A DNA stretch of 64,000 nucleotides from an uncultured virus (IMG/VR IMGVR_UViG_3300035071_000047) (Duplodnaviria; Heunggongvirae; Uroviricota; Caudoviricetes), in the IMG/VR virus record IMGVR_UViG_3300035071_000047, one strand, 5' to 3'. Shown here piece by piece: positions 8,529 to 18,678 of the stretch (position 1 is its first letter; every line of letters starts with the position of its first letter). Both the position numbers and the translations under genes were made by a program. The notes under the pieces are model-generated. The model was not told where the DNA came from, made no database searches, and worked only from the letters and a program-made list of their open reading frames with translations.

Positions 8529-8876
8529 TTATGCCTCCTTGCGCGCTCTGCGTAGGACCTTCAGGTCGTACTCATCGAGTCCGGCGGCCTTCAGCTCGTC
8601 GATCGTGATACCGGCGGATTTGAGGACCTCGATCACAAGGCTAGCTCGGTCGATACGTCGCTGAGACTCGGCGAGCGCGACGGCGAACCCGCACATCCAC
8701 TCGGCTTTGCACTTTTCGGCAACTTCGACGTCGACGCGCAGACGCTCACTGCGCTGCCCTCGATGGTACGCGTTGATCTCCGCGCGCGTCGTGAACGGCG
8801 TCGACAGGTGGCGGTGGCAGAACCGCTTGCCGACGACGTGTCCGTCGTCGCAGCCGGGGTAGTCGCAGCCGTTCAT
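8529..8876 (-). CDS. Hypothetical protein
   Basis: CDYPGC...FCHRH at the N-terminus; coupled ORF. Confidence 0.55.
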   Translation of the reverse strand: MNGCDYPGCDDGHVVGKRFCHRHLSTPFTTRAEINAYHRGQRSERLRVDVEVAEKCKAEWMCGFAVALAESQRRIDRASLVIEVLKSAGITIDELKAAGLDEYDLKVLRRARKEA

Positions 8877-9138
8877 TGTCCGTAGCTCCCGAGCGTCTTG
8901 TTCCTCGCGCGATCGATCGCGACCTCCTTGGTCAGCCGCTCGTCGCCGACACATGGGCACCACTTTCCGTCGAGGCACTGATCGATCGACCACGTCGAGT
9001 CCATCGCGCGGGCGACGCGAAACGTCCCGCGCGATCCGGTGAACGTGAACGCGGTAGCGGATGCGACGAGCGACTCGAGGACGCGCACGCGTCGCTCGAT
9101 CGACTCGATCGCGGTTTTCGCGTCGGCGAATTCGGAGA

Positions 9139-9771
9139 TCACAGCGCCTCCAGCGCGTCCGCCTTCGCGTCCGCCTTCTCCACGATCGAACGCGGGATGA
9201 AGTCGAGGTCTCCGTAGCCGGAGACGCTGTAGCCGAGCAGCTGATAGAACTGGGCGACGTCGTACCGGTTCATCGGACCCATGTTCTTGCCCAGGTCGTT
9301 GAGGTTCACGCGTCCCGAGTCGACGATCCATCGTACGACGGCGTTCGCTCGAAACCGCGCGACCCCGTCGTCGTCGACGTAGATGGGCTGCATGGGCGGC
9401 CGACGCGGCTTCGTCGGCTTCTTTTTTGGCGTCGAGCTGGAGAGGATGACCGCGTCGACCATTCGTTTGCACGTGTGGGTGAGGCCGGGCGCGGTCCCCG
9501 TGTAGAACTGCGATGCGCAGGCGCCGCAAGTCAGATCAACGCCCATGTTGAGGCAGGCGACGGCGATCTCCTTGTGCGTGAGCCCGCTCGCCAGCTTCGG
9601 GCACTCGACGATGTCGTCGAGAGCGAGCTGCTCGATGAGCGCGAAGTCTTTGGCGCGCTCGACGGCGTGCTGGACGCACAGGTTGATCGGCTGTCCGTAG
9701 ACGACGGATCCGCGTGCGACCCGAGGCTTGTCGCAGTACTGACAGAGGACGGCGGCGGTCACGGTTGCCAT
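9139..9771 (-). CDS. Hypothetical phage protein
   Basis: CxxC motifs; C-terminal PMQPI...RFRANAVV...QFYQLLGYSVSGYGDL. Confidence 0.65.
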   Translation of the reverse strand: MATVTAAVLCQYCDKPRVARGSVVYGQPINLCVQHAVERAKDFALIEQLALDDIVECPKLASGLTHKEIAVACLNMGVDLTCGACASQFYTGTAPGLTHTCKRMVDAVILSSSTPKKKPTKPRRPPMQPIYVDDDGVARFRANAVVRWIVDSGRVNLNDLGKNMGPMNRYDVAQFYQLLGYSVSGYGDLDFIPRSIVEKADAKADALEAL

Positions 9772-10163
9772 CAGCCATTCTCCACGATGGCTCGCAGTCG
9801 CGAGACTTCGCGCTCCGCGCGAGCTAGCTGGTCGATGTGGAACTGTCGCTCCTTGGCCCTCTCCATGGGTCGCAGCTTGGCTTCCGCCTCCTCGGCGGTG
9901 GCGGCCCAGACGTAAACGTCGCACTCAGGGACTTCGCGTTCGGCGACGACGGGTCGGTCGTAACGCAGCTTCCAGCGTTTCAGTCCGATCGAGTACCCAT
10001 CTGGCGGCGGCCCGTCCAGGACGACCTCCTCGACTTCCAGGTTGGAGTAAGCCTGCGCGTACGCGTCGGCTCGCCCCTGGTCGGTGAATGCGGCATCGAA
10101 GACTCGGGCAGACTCTTCGCTGTACTCTACCGATCGCGTGATGATGTAGATCGTCTGGCTCAC
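9771..10163 (-). CDS. Hypothetical protein
   Basis: Coupled ORF with GGAGGG RBS. Confidence 0.55.
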   Translation of the reverse strand: MSQTIYIITRSVEYSEESARVFDAAFTDQGRADAYAQAYSNLEVEEVVLDGPPPDGYSIGLKRWKLRYDRPVVAEREVPECDVYVWAATAEEAEAKLRPMERAKERQFHIDQLARAEREVSRLRAIVENG

Positions 10164-10838
10164 TTCGACCCTCCGATCGTCGCCTTGCGGCGACCGCTGC
10201 TGATCTCGTCGCGCACGAAGAACCAGCCCTTGTCGGTGATCCGACCGGCACCGTCGGTGAACCCGACGTCGCTCAGGATTCGTCGGTGGGTCGACGTGGA
10301 CTGGGAGACGCCTCGCTCTTTCGCCTGCGCGAGCCCGAGGAGCGCGTCCCACTGTCCGCGCGTGAGCTGGACGGACGTCGCGAGCGCCCTCCTCCCGGCC
10401 GGAGTACGAGCGAAGTGACCGCCGACCAGGTCACGTCCGACGAGGACGGCCCACCCTCGGTCGACACACGCGCAGGCCGCCATGTAGCTGCCACCCTTCA
10501 TGCGCGCGCCGTCGGATGGCCGATCGGGCATACGCTCGAGGACGCGTCGCTGGGCGTGGGTGAGGACCTCCAGGCGAGCTGTCATCGTTTCTCCCAGTCG
10601 GTGAGCGACATCCAAACTCGCGCAGCGGCCCACGCTGTCCTTGTGGCCTTCGCCAAGGTTGCCTCGGCGCCACCTCTCCTCGACTCGTTGTCGACAACGA
10701 AGTCCCATCGAAAGAGACCGCCTTCGCCTTTGGCGATGCAGATGCCCAGGCGCTCACCTTTGTAGACCCACGTCGTCCGACACGACGTCGTCTTCCATTT
10801 CAGCTCATTAAGCTTTGGCCAGCCGTTCTTGCGGGCGG

Positions 10839-11318
10839 TCATGGCTCTTCCTCCCAGTCGACGAGCGGCTGGATCGTCGCGAGCTCGGCGCGCGCCTCGA
10901 TGAGGCGTCGCTCGTGATAACGGACGTCGCGTTCGAGACGGATCCGCTTCTCCTCCGTGGGCGTCGGCGCGTGGTCGGGGTGTCTGCGCTTGCGCCAGCC
11001 GCGAATCGTGAAGCGTCGACCGTTCGTCGTCTCGATGCCCTCGATCGTCGAGGAGGGCTCGGCGTAGAGGGCGAAGCACCTCTGCCCCTTGAGTCGCTCG
11101 GGGTCGGCGCATCCGAAAGTGGCGCAGACCTCCGCGAAGAATTCCCTCGTCTCAGCTTTGTCGCGGAACGCGAGACCGCCGAACGTCTGGACCCAGCCGG
11201 CTCCTTCGAGCACGACCGACACGGTCCAGAGCTCGTGGTCTCTGTCCAGGCCGGCGAACGCGCTCACGACCGTCGCGGGCACACGGAGCTGATCTCGCGC
11301 GCGCTTGGTGCTCATCAT
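10839..11318 (-). CDS. Hypothetical phage protein
   Basis: Coupled ORF (WVQTFGG, LKGQRCFAL). Confidence 0.6.
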   Translation of the reverse strand: MMSTKRARDQLRVPATVVSAFAGLDRDHELWTVSVVLEGAGWVQTFGGLAFRDKAETREFFAEVCATFGCADPERLKGQRCFALYAEPSSTIEGIETTNGRRFTIRGWRKRRHPDHAPTPTEEKRIRLERDVRYHERRLIEARAELATIQPLVDWEEEP

Positions 11319-11755
11319 TCCCCGATCTCCGAAAGTACAGCGCTCAGCTCGTCGATCTGATCGTGGAGCTGGGCGTGCGTAACGCTCTGCTCTCTATTTT
11401 GCTTCGCACAGGTGCGAACGCCGTGAGCCGCGTCGGCGAGTCGTTTCAGTTTCGCGCGTAGCGCCGCGATCTCGTCCTGGACGTGAAGCTCGGCAACTGT
11501 GCGGACCTCGCCGGCTATGGGCTCGTCGCGGTAAGGATGATCACGCGGATCGAGCTTCTTTAGGACCTCGTCGATCGACTCCTTGACGCGGACGCGGTGG
11601 CTTCCCGCGAAGTACAGGATGGTGCCGTCGAGCTCGTTGCTCGCGTCACGGTTCTCTCCGATCCCGAGGATCCATGCGGGGGCAACGACGACGCGTCCAC
11701 CGACATACCCGTGGAGCTCGATCATCATCCCGCCCAGACGGCAGCGATCGGTCAT
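11315..11755 (-). CDS. FlbD-like N-terminal domain protein
   Basis: MIELH...VVVAPAWILGI...TILYFAG...VRVKESIDEVLKKL resembles the FlbD pattern. Confidence 0.5.
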   Translation of the reverse strand: MTDRCRLGGMMIELHGYVGGRVVVAPAWILGIGENRDASNELDGTILYFAGSHRVRVKESIDEVLKKLDPRDHPYRDEPIAGEVRTVAELHVQDEIAALRAKLKRLADAAHGVRTCAKQNREQSVTHAQLHDQIDELSAVLSEIGE

Positions 11756-11970
11756 GTCTTCCCTCCTCCCTTCTTCAGAAACCGTCGTGCCGTGAGGACG
11801 CCGAGCTCGATGATCGTACTGAGCGACACCGTCCTCGAACCCGCGGGCCGTAGCTCGGCGGGGAAGAGGGCCATCCCGTGCTCGTACAGCTCGTCTCGCA
11901 GCGACATCAGCGCGTCGTACGCGCGTTTCGTCACTTTGATGGACCGGTACTCGGGTTCTTCGTTCGCCAT
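11752..11970 (-). CDS. Putative ribbon-helix-helix DNA-binding protein, first gene of the leftward operon
   Basis: RSIKVTKRAYDALMSLRDEL...SLSTIIELGV fits a strand-helix-helix pattern. Confidence 0.5.
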   Translation of the reverse strand: MANEEPEYRSIKVTKRAYDALMSLRDELYEHGMALFPAELRPAGSRTVSLSTIIELGVLTARRFLKKGGGKT

Positions 11971-12009
11971 GTCTTGACGTTTCTACTTGGTTCTGCCAAG
12001 GTAGTCAAG
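11971..12009. promoter_or_regulatory. Divergent promoter region inside an imperfect palindrome
   Basis: CTTGAC GTTT CTACTTGG TTCTG CCAAGGTAG TCAAG. Minus strand TTGACT-17-TAGAAA; plus strand TTGACG-17-CAAGGT. Located at the strand switch. Confidence 0.5.
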
Positions 12010-12082
12010 TGCAGATGAGGGAAGAGATCGCAACATGGATCGGCCTGGCGAGTCGGCCTAACCGGGGTTAGAGACGAAAGAC

Positions 12083-13087
12083 ATGCGAACCGACGACCTC
12101 GACCCCACTCCGACCCCGCTCTCCGGGGCCCTCGTTGCCCCCTCGGGGGTGGGGTCCGAGCTCATTTCGCGACCTCGGCGCGACCCCAATCGAAATCCAG
12201 CGACGATCTTCATCGCCACGCGGCTCTCCGAGAGGAGCAAAGGGACGATGCGCGAGGCCCTCGAGCGCATCGCGAAGGTCCTCGAGCTCCCGATGACGCC
12301 CGAGGAGATCCCGTGGGAGACCTTCGGGTTCGAGCGTACGAGCTTCGTTCGTAGCCGACTCCTCGCCGCGTACGGCCCCTCCACGGTCAAGCTGACGCTC
12401 TCCGCTCTTAAAGGAGTGCTCCGAACCGCCCGGCGGCTCGAGCTCATCAACCACGAGCAGTTCGCGAATGCGACCGACTGGGAGAAGGTCAGGGGGAGCC
12501 GGTTGTCGCGTGGACGCGCGCTCTCGAGCGAGGAGATCGCAAAATTACTCGCGTTCTGCCGATCGCAGGCCGATCCCTACGGCGCGTTCCTCACGGCGCT
12601 CTTCTCGACCCTGATCGGGCTCGGTCTGCGCGCCAGCGAGACCTGCCAGCTCACCCTCGGCGCCTACGACGCGGACGCGCGTGTCCTGCGCGTCCTGCGC
12701 AAGGGAAACAAGGAGGTCGAGCTCGCCGTCACCGAGGAGGCCGCGGCGATCGACCGCTGGCTCGTCGTGCGCAAGACGCTCAACGTGAGCACACAGTGGC
12801 TGTTTTTGCGGCCGATGAAGGACGGCGGCCTGCGCGTGGTCCCCCCGAACGTGAAGGGCCTCCAGTACCTCTGCCAAGAGGTCGCGACCGGGGCCGACAT
12901 CAAGAAATTCAGCCCTCACGACTGCCGGCGGACGTTCGGGACGCGGCTCCTCGACCAGGGGATCGACCTGTCGACGGTGCAGCGCCTCATGAGTCACGAG
13001 AGCCCCGACACGACGGTCAGGTACGACAAACGGCAGGCGAAGACGGATGCCGAGACGCGCGCGCGAGTGAGGGTGCTCGGGTCATGA
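12083..13087 (+). CDS. Tyrosine recombinase/integrase (XerC/Cre-like)
   Basis: GLRASE (R), RKGNK (K), SPHDCRRTF (HxxR), MSHESPDTTVRYD (H, Y). Confidence 0.93.
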   Translation: MRTDDLDPTPTPLSGALVAPSGVGSELISRPRRDPNRNPATIFIATRLSERSKGTMREALERIAKVLELPMTPEEIPWETFGFERTSFVRSRLLAAYGPSTVKLTLSALKGVLRTARRLELINHEQFANATDWEKVRGSRLSRGRALSSEEIAKLLAFCRSQADPYGAFLTALFSTLIGLGLRASETCQLTLGAYDADARVLRVLRKGNKEVELAVTEEAAAIDRWLVVRKTLNVSTQWLFLRPMKDGGLRVVPPNVKGLQYLCQEVATGADIKKFSPHDCRRTFGTRLLDQGIDLSTVQRLMSHESPDTTVRYDKRQAKTDAETRARVRVLGS

Positions 13088-13533
13088 AGGTAGGTCCCAA
13101 AATTCCAGGCCGAAATGCGTCGAAACGTCACGAAGATCTCGTCGATCGGATTCGATGGCGCGCAGCTGAATATCTTCAGTCGTTCGGGTACGCGCTGGAG
13201 ATCGGTGGCGACTTCGTCATGATCCCAGGAGACGGTGGACTCGCGAGCTGTGGCCGCTGGGCCGCTCGTCCAGATGTTTGGGTTGTGTCCAAGTTGCTTA
13301 CTTATGGATCGATCGCTGTCGAGGTTGGCAGAACCAGCGAACCGGACAAGTGGCGAGGTGTTTGCCCTATGATTCACGTGAGTTTTCTTGGCGGCGTCGC
13401 CCTTTTTGATGGTTGTGGTGGGGCCTTTGAGACGGATGTCGTCCGGGCGATCTGTTGCGCCGTTGCTCCCGGAGAGCCCGATCAACGATCGCCGTTTTGG
13501 TGGCTCAAACAAGGCGCGGAGGATCGGTCATGA
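13084..13533 (+). CDS. Putative PD-(D/E)xK-like nuclease fold protein
   Basis: RPDVWV...IAVEVG; visibly more AT-rich than its flanks. Confidence 0.4.
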   Translation: MKVGPKIPGRNASKRHEDLVDRIRWRAAEYLQSFGYALEIGGDFVMIPGDGGLASCGRWAARPDVWVVSKLLTYGSIAVEVGRTSEPDKWRGVCPMIHVSFLGGVALFDGCGGAFETDVVRAICCAVAPGEPDQRSPFWWLKQGAEDRS

Positions 13534-13838
13534 GCGACGAAGAAGAGCCGCGCCCGCGCGGCATGTTCGAGGCGCTCTTCAGCGCCCCGACGCCGGAGCA
13601 GATGAAGGAGGTGCGCAAACAGCGCCTCGAGCGCCACAAGGCGATGATCGGCTTCGCGCGCGCCGCCTCACCGATCGTCAAGCAGATGCAGGAGAAGGCG
13701 CGCGAGCTCGACTCCCTCTACAGCGCCGGCTTCGAGTCGGGGCTCGATCCGCTCCGCGGGGTGATGGACCGTAACCGCCGGATCCGAAAGCAGATCGCGC
13801 TGCTGCTCGACACGCTAGAAGGGCTGGCGGAAGGATGA
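13530..13838 (+). CDS. Hypothetical helical protein
   Basis: GGAGG RBS; coupled ORF. Confidence 0.6.
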   Translation: MSDEEEPRPRGMFEALFSAPTPEQMKEVRKQRLERHKAMIGFARAASPIVKQMQEKARELDSLYSAGFESGLDPLRGVMDRNRRIRKQIALLLDTLEGLAEG

Positions 13839-14016
13839 CTCCGTTCGAGTGGACCCTCAGCGGGTTCATCGCCGGCCTCCTGGTGGGGCGCGTCTGGCAG
13901 TACGTGCGGAGCGAGCGCGCCGTCCGCGAGACGCTGCGGTCGCTGCGCGACCTCATGAGGCTCAGTCCACCCAAGGCGCTGGAGACGTTGGATCGCGTCC
14001 TGAAGACAGGTGACCG

Positions 14017-14349
14017 ATGATCGGACGGTACGACGCTGAAAAAGGCGTGATTTGCCTGGAAATGACGCCGGAGGAGGCGCTCAAGTCACTTTGTGGTCTT
14101 TCCTCCGAGTGGACCAACAAATCGACAGAGGCTCTCCTGCGTGGCGTGGAGCAGTTCCGCGAGCACGAGGCGCTCGCTGCGCTCCGCGGACCTGGCGAAC
14201 CATACGTCCACCTGTCTCCAAGGGAGGAATCGGCTGAAAAAACAGTCGTTCCGGTGGACGAGTTCGGCGGAGCTCGCGTCGTTTTCAACACAGATGGGAG
14301 CGTCGATCTCTTCGGCACAATCGCGCTGAACATGGAGTCCGAGAAATGA
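14017..14349 (+). CDS. Hypothetical protein
   Basis: Coupled ORF. Confidence 0.55.
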   Translation: MIGRYDAEKGVICLEMTPEEALKSLCGLSSEWTNKSTEALLRGVEQFREHEALAALRGPGEPYVHLSPREESAEKTVVPVDEFGGARVVFNTDGSVDLFGTIALNMESEK

Positions 14350-14748
14350 ACAAACTCCACCTCCGACTGGTCCCCGATCCGTGCGATCGGTTCCACCTGA
14401 CGACGTGCGGGCTCAACGTCATCAACGCCGCCAAGGCACTCGCTCGCGCCCGTCGGAACGAGGCGACTCGGATCGTCAAAGTGTGGGAAAAACGGCTCGA
14501 TCTCGCGGTCGCCGCCCTCGAGAAGGAGGAGCGGATCGAGCCTACCGACGCGCAGATCAGGCGCCTGACGGACGGTGCGCGGTGAGTCGCCTCCAGCGCA
14601 AGATCCGTCGTCGCGCGAAGAGCGACGGCTACAGGGAGTCGCACGCAGCGCGCTCGTCGTACGCCGCGAAGAAGTGGACCGAGGAGCACGGTACGCCGCC
14701 AGATCCGGAAGCCTACTCGAAGGCTCGAACCAAGACGGGAGACGCGAA

Positions 14749-15048
14749 ATGATCCGCGACGTGATGGCGCTCCTGCGCGTGCACCAGGCGGTCTACGTCG
14801 AGGGTCGCTACGGGCGGATCTGGGACTTCGACGGCGCCGAGATGGACGGCGTCCACGCCATCGTCGTCGTTCGTACACCGCACGGGTCCGAGGTCGTCGC
14901 GGGTCGCTTCTACGTGCGCCCGATCGAGACCGACGAAGAGTTCGCACGGCTCCGCGAGTTCGAGCGCCTCGCGCGAATCGACGGTCGTTGGTACGACGAC
15001 GGTCCTCCCAGCGAGAGCCGATACCAGCGCGCGCGGAGGGTGGCGTGA
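14749..15048 (+). CDS. Hypothetical protein
   Basis: GGGAG RBS; coupled ORF. Confidence 0.55.
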   Translation: MIRDVMALLRVHQAVYVEGRYGRIWDFDGAEMDGVHAIVVVRTPHGSEVVAGRFYVRPIETDEEFARLREFERLARIDGRWYDDGPPSESRYQRARRVA

Positions 15049-15305
15049 TCGGCGTCGTCCTCCCGCCGGGACCCACGAGCGAGCAGATCGCGCGGAACAC
15101 CCGGCACTGCCTCCGGCACTACGCCTACTGGCACCCGTGCTTCGCTGATCTGCTTCGTGCGCACCCCGAGAGCGACGAGGAGCGCGAGCACCGCGAGCAG
15201 ATCTGGGACTGGGACGTGAGGTTCCACGCGGAGGGAGCGCGACGATGAGCGAACCGACCAAAACGTTTACCAAGACCGAGCTATGAGGACCGAAAGGAGC
15301 GCGCG

Positions 15306-15842
15306 ATGCTGCCTGTGAAGTGCGTGTGCGGCGAAGAGCACGATCTCTCGGACATGGAGCCGATCTTGCGGGCTCCGCAGGCGGTCCTCGACGCCGCAAC
15401 GCGGGATCGCGGACGCGTCGAAGGGGACAGGAACCTCTGCGTCCTGCGCGACGACGGGGAGGCGATCAACCGGTGGTTCGCGCGCGTCCTCGCCCCGGTC
15501 CCCGTCGCCGGCCGGCAGGACCCGTGCTGCTGGGGGATCTGGGTCGAGCTCTCGCACGAGAACTTCGGTGCGCTCGCGGCGCTCTGGGACGACCCGCCGA
15601 CCAACCACGCGCCGATCGCCGCAACGCTCGCCAACGACCTCGGCGGAGACTACCCGCCCTCCCTCGGCCTACCGGGGACCATCCGCTTCCGGGACCCGAA
15701 GAAGATCCCGTTCCTCACGCTCGACGCGGCAGTGGACCACCCGTTCGCGCGGGAGATGCGCGAGGGCGTCCGGCCCGAGCGCATGCTCGAGTGGTTCGCG
15801 CCGTGGCTCCACGCGAGCGGACGCATGGGTCCGGCGTCGTGA
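15306..15842 (+). CDS. DUF2199-family protein
   Basis: CVCGEEH...DLCV-like segment...WFARVLAPVPV...WGIWVELSHENF...LAN...P...HPFAREMREG; AAGGAG RBS. Confidence 0.75.
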   Translation: MLPVKCVCGEEHDLSDMEPILRAPQAVLDAATRDRGRVEGDRNLCVLRDDGEAINRWFARVLAPVPVAGRQDPCCWGIWVELSHENFGALAALWDDPPTNHAPIAATLANDLGGDYPPSLGLPGTIRFRDPKKIPFLTLDAAVDHPFAREMREGVRPERMLEWFAPWLHASGRMGPAS

Positions 15843-16008
15843 GCCGTCATCTCGTCATCCGGATCCCGATCGTGGACGCAGCGCCCGAGCCGACCGAGAC
15901 CCAGAAGATGTACGTCGCGATCGCCCTGCGGGAGAGGTTGCAAGCGTTTCTCGGGCAGATCCGGACGGACGACTTGTTCGACCTCGACGCGATGGAGGTC
16001 GATTTCGA

Positions 16009-16554
16009 ATGACCAACAAGCACGGCCACAACTGGATCTGGCCCGCGCGGCGACACGCGATCTACGCCCGCGACGGGCACGCCTGCGTCTACTGCGGCAA
16101 GGGACGCAGCGACCCCGACGTCGCGTACCTGACGATCGACCACCTCGTCGCGCACGACGCGGGCGGCAGCAACGCGAGCGCGAACCTCGTGACCGCGTGC
16201 GACCGGTGCAACTCGCGCCGGCAGCACAAGACGCTGCGCGCGTGGCTCGCGGACCTGCGCGAGCGCGGCGTCGACGTCGAGGCGGCCCGCCGGCGGATCC
16301 GGCGCGCGCGCCGGCGCAAGGTCGACCTCGCGCTCGGTAGACGCCTCTTCGCCGAGCAGCGGCGATGCCGCGCGACGTGCGACGAGAGCTCGGTTGGTTT
16401 TCTAGCGACGCAGCTCGCGAGTCTCGTGCTCGGACCGCCCGGTCTCCTCTCTCCGCTCGCGCCTCCCGAGAAACCGTACGTGATGCCCACGTGCGTCGTC
16501 ACCGGCGCGCCCACGTCGATCTGCGACTGCGGCGACCACCTCGTTTCGGAGTGA
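16009..16554 (+). CDS. HNH endonuclease
   Basis: RDGHACVYCG...LTIDHLVAHDAGGSNASANLVTACDRCNSRR. Confidence 0.9.
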   Translation: MTNKHGHNWIWPARRHAIYARDGHACVYCGKGRSDPDVAYLTIDHLVAHDAGGSNASANLVTACDRCNSRRQHKTLRAWLADLRERGVDVEAARRRIRRARRRKVDLALGRRLFAEQRRCRATCDESSVGFLATQLASLVLGPPGLLSPLAPPEKPYVMPTCVVTGAPTSICDCGDHLVSE

Positions 16555-17202
16555 TCCATGGTCTACCACCTCGTCAAATGTTCGGAGTGCGAAGGTGTCC
16601 TGAACGACGTCGGCGACCAGGTCGCGGACCTCCTGGTAGGCGTACCGACCCGGAAGCACAAACCGACGTGCACGTCGCTCGCGGCGCGCGTCGAGCGCGG
16701 CGAGACGCTGAGCGACGCCGAGGTGCTCGTGCGGGTGATCGCCGAGTGGCGAGAGAGGAACGGTGCGACGTGACCGAGAATGACCTTCGCGCGCTGCGGC
16801 TCCTCGTCACGCAGACGCGCCTGATCGGCCCGCAGCATTTCGGGACGCTCCTGTGGCCGAACACGCGCGTCGGCGGGAGCAACTGCTCGGCACCGCTCGC
16901 GCGATCCGCGGGGAAGGTCCTGAACCGCCTCAAGGCGCGCGGGTACGCGGAGTGGACGTCGGAGCGGGACCCGACGACGGGTCGCGCGACGGAGTGGGGA
17001 TGGCACGCGACGCGCGCTGGTCGAGGGAGGATCTGATGAAGCTCGACGAAGGACTGCGCGCGGCGCTCGCGGCGAACCCCGAGGTGCTCGCCGTCCTCGA
17101 CGCGGCGATCGCGTTCGCGGAGACGGAGTCGGCGCTCTGCCTCACGAACAGGAGGGCCCGCGCGCTTGTGCGAGCGGTGCGGAAGCTCCCGAAGGTGCGG
17201 AC

Positions 17203-18669
17203 GTGATCCGCGTCGACCCCTGGCTCACGCTCGACCGCGGCCTCGCGGTGGAGCTACTCGCGGTCGACGTCGTCGACGTCCGCGACGTCCGTCGCCACTG
17301 CCTCGTGCTCGCGGCGTGCTCGGTCGCGGAAGCGCGCCGGTGCCTGGTGCGTGCTGCGAAGTGGCAGCGGATCGGCGGTAGCGACCACGTCGAAGCTCGC
17401 GCCGACGCGGTGACCGGCGCCCTCGCCGAGGCTTGCGCGTGGCTCGTGCGCGCCGCGGCCGACCGCGAGCGAGCGCGGACGCTCCCCGCGTCGGGACTGC
17501 GCGGGTTCACGCTCTGCAGCGGGTTCACGCTCTGCAACGCTCGCAGCGGCCAGGGGGAGCTCCACTGCCCGCGCCTCGCGACGCGGGCGCACCCGGACCC
17601 CGACGGCGCGACCCCGCTGTGCGATCTGCACGCGTGCGAGGAGTGCTCCGGGCCGTACGACCCCGCGGACCAGACGTGGGCGTGGGCGCGTCCCGCGCGC
17701 ACGCCGGACATCCTGGACGCGCTCGCGTCGCACGAGGACCCGTTCGAGGTCGTCTCTCGCCTCGCCGCGCTCGAGGACGAGCGAGGTCCGCTGCCACCCG
17801 GCGGCGCGACGGGCGGCGTCGTCGCGCGCGCTCGGCGCGAGGCGCGAGGCGAGAAGCTCCCGTCGGCGGCGATTCGAGCGCGCGATCGCGTCCGATCGGT
17901 CTTCCAGGCGTCGGAGTCGCCTGCTCCGGGGCTCCCGCACGGTTTCGCCGCGTTCCACTGGTCCGACACCCTACCCACGCGGTGCCCGTTCTGCCTCCAG
18001 CCGCGGCCGACCGCGGACGAGCCGGCGTGCTGCGCAGGGTGGGCCGACGTCCGAGCGTTTCCAGAATCGCCCCCTCCGGCTCCTGGGCGCCCCCAGGACG
18101 CTCGATCGCCGTCGGGGACGACCACTGGGTGCCCCCCGGCCGCCCCGGCGCGTCTGGAGCCGATTCTGGACGTGGGGGTGACGTGCGCCGGGGTGGCGAC
18201 CGCGTCGTCGTCGGCCCATCAGGCGGTCCGCGCGTCGGAACGCGACGAATCTCTTGATCTATCGCGTCCGCCCCCCGGCGGCTACGGCTACAGCCCGAAC
18301 GCGATGCGCAAGCTCTTCTGGCGCGAGACGCGTGCGCTACGGCTTCTTGACTTGGACCAGGACGCGGCGTGGGACGCGGCGTGCGCGATCTTGCGCGAAA
18401 ACGGCGAGGACGTGGACGATCTGCTCCGCCGCGCCGCGACGCGCGTCGACGCCTGGCGGAAGGTCGCCGACGTCCCCCCGACGCCTTCCGACGCTGTACC
18501 GACGCCCGCGCGCACCGAGCAGGACGCGCGAAAACGCAGGACGATCCACCTCGATCCCGTCGTACGGTGCGATGTCTACTGGCGCCCCGATCCGCCCCGG
18601 TGCTCGTGCTGGGTCGACGAATCCGATCCGGCCTGCTTGGTGCACGGGCGTCCCCAAGGTCGAAAATGA
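17203..18669 (+). CDS. Cys/Pro-rich hypothetical protein
   Basis: 488-aa ORF coupled to the upstream gene; several CxxC motifs and a low-complexity middle. Confidence 0.5.
   Translation: MIRVDPWLTLDRGLAVELLAVDVVDVRDVRRHCLVLAACSVAEARRCLVRAAKWQRIGGSDHVEARADAVTGALAEACAWLVRAAADRERARTLPASGLRGFTLCSGFTLCNARSGQGELHCPRLATRAHPDPDGATPLCDLHACEECSGPYDPADQTWAWARPARTPDILDALASHEDPFEVVSRLAALEDERGPLPPGGATGGVVARARREARGEKLPSAAIRARDRVRSVFQASESPAPGLPHGFAAFHWSDTLPTRCPFCLQPRPTADEPACCAGWADVRAFPESPPPAPGRPQDARSPSGTTTGCPPAAPARLEPILDVGVTCAGVATASSSAHQAVRASERDESLDLSRPPPGGYGYSPNAMRKLFWRETRALRLLDLDQDAAWDAACAILRENGEDVDDLLRRAATRVDAWRKVADVPPTPSDAVPTPARTEQDARKRRTIHLDPVVRCDVYWRPDPPRCSCWVDESDPACLVHGRPQGRK
17501..17536 (+). repeat. 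Perfect 18-bp tandem duplication
   Basis: GCGGGTTCACGCTCTGCA x2, in frame (GFTLCS/GFTLCN). Confidence 0.9.
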
Positions 18670-18678
18670 ACGGTTGCG

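Noticed and set aside
13084..13533. Restriction-modification system formed by the PD-(D/E)xK-like ORF and an MTase
   Set aside because: It is not adjacent to either MTase, and the nuclease call is weak.
17501..17536. 18-bp tandem repeat as a regulatory array
   Set aside because: Only two copies, in frame within a CDS; most simply a slippage duplication.
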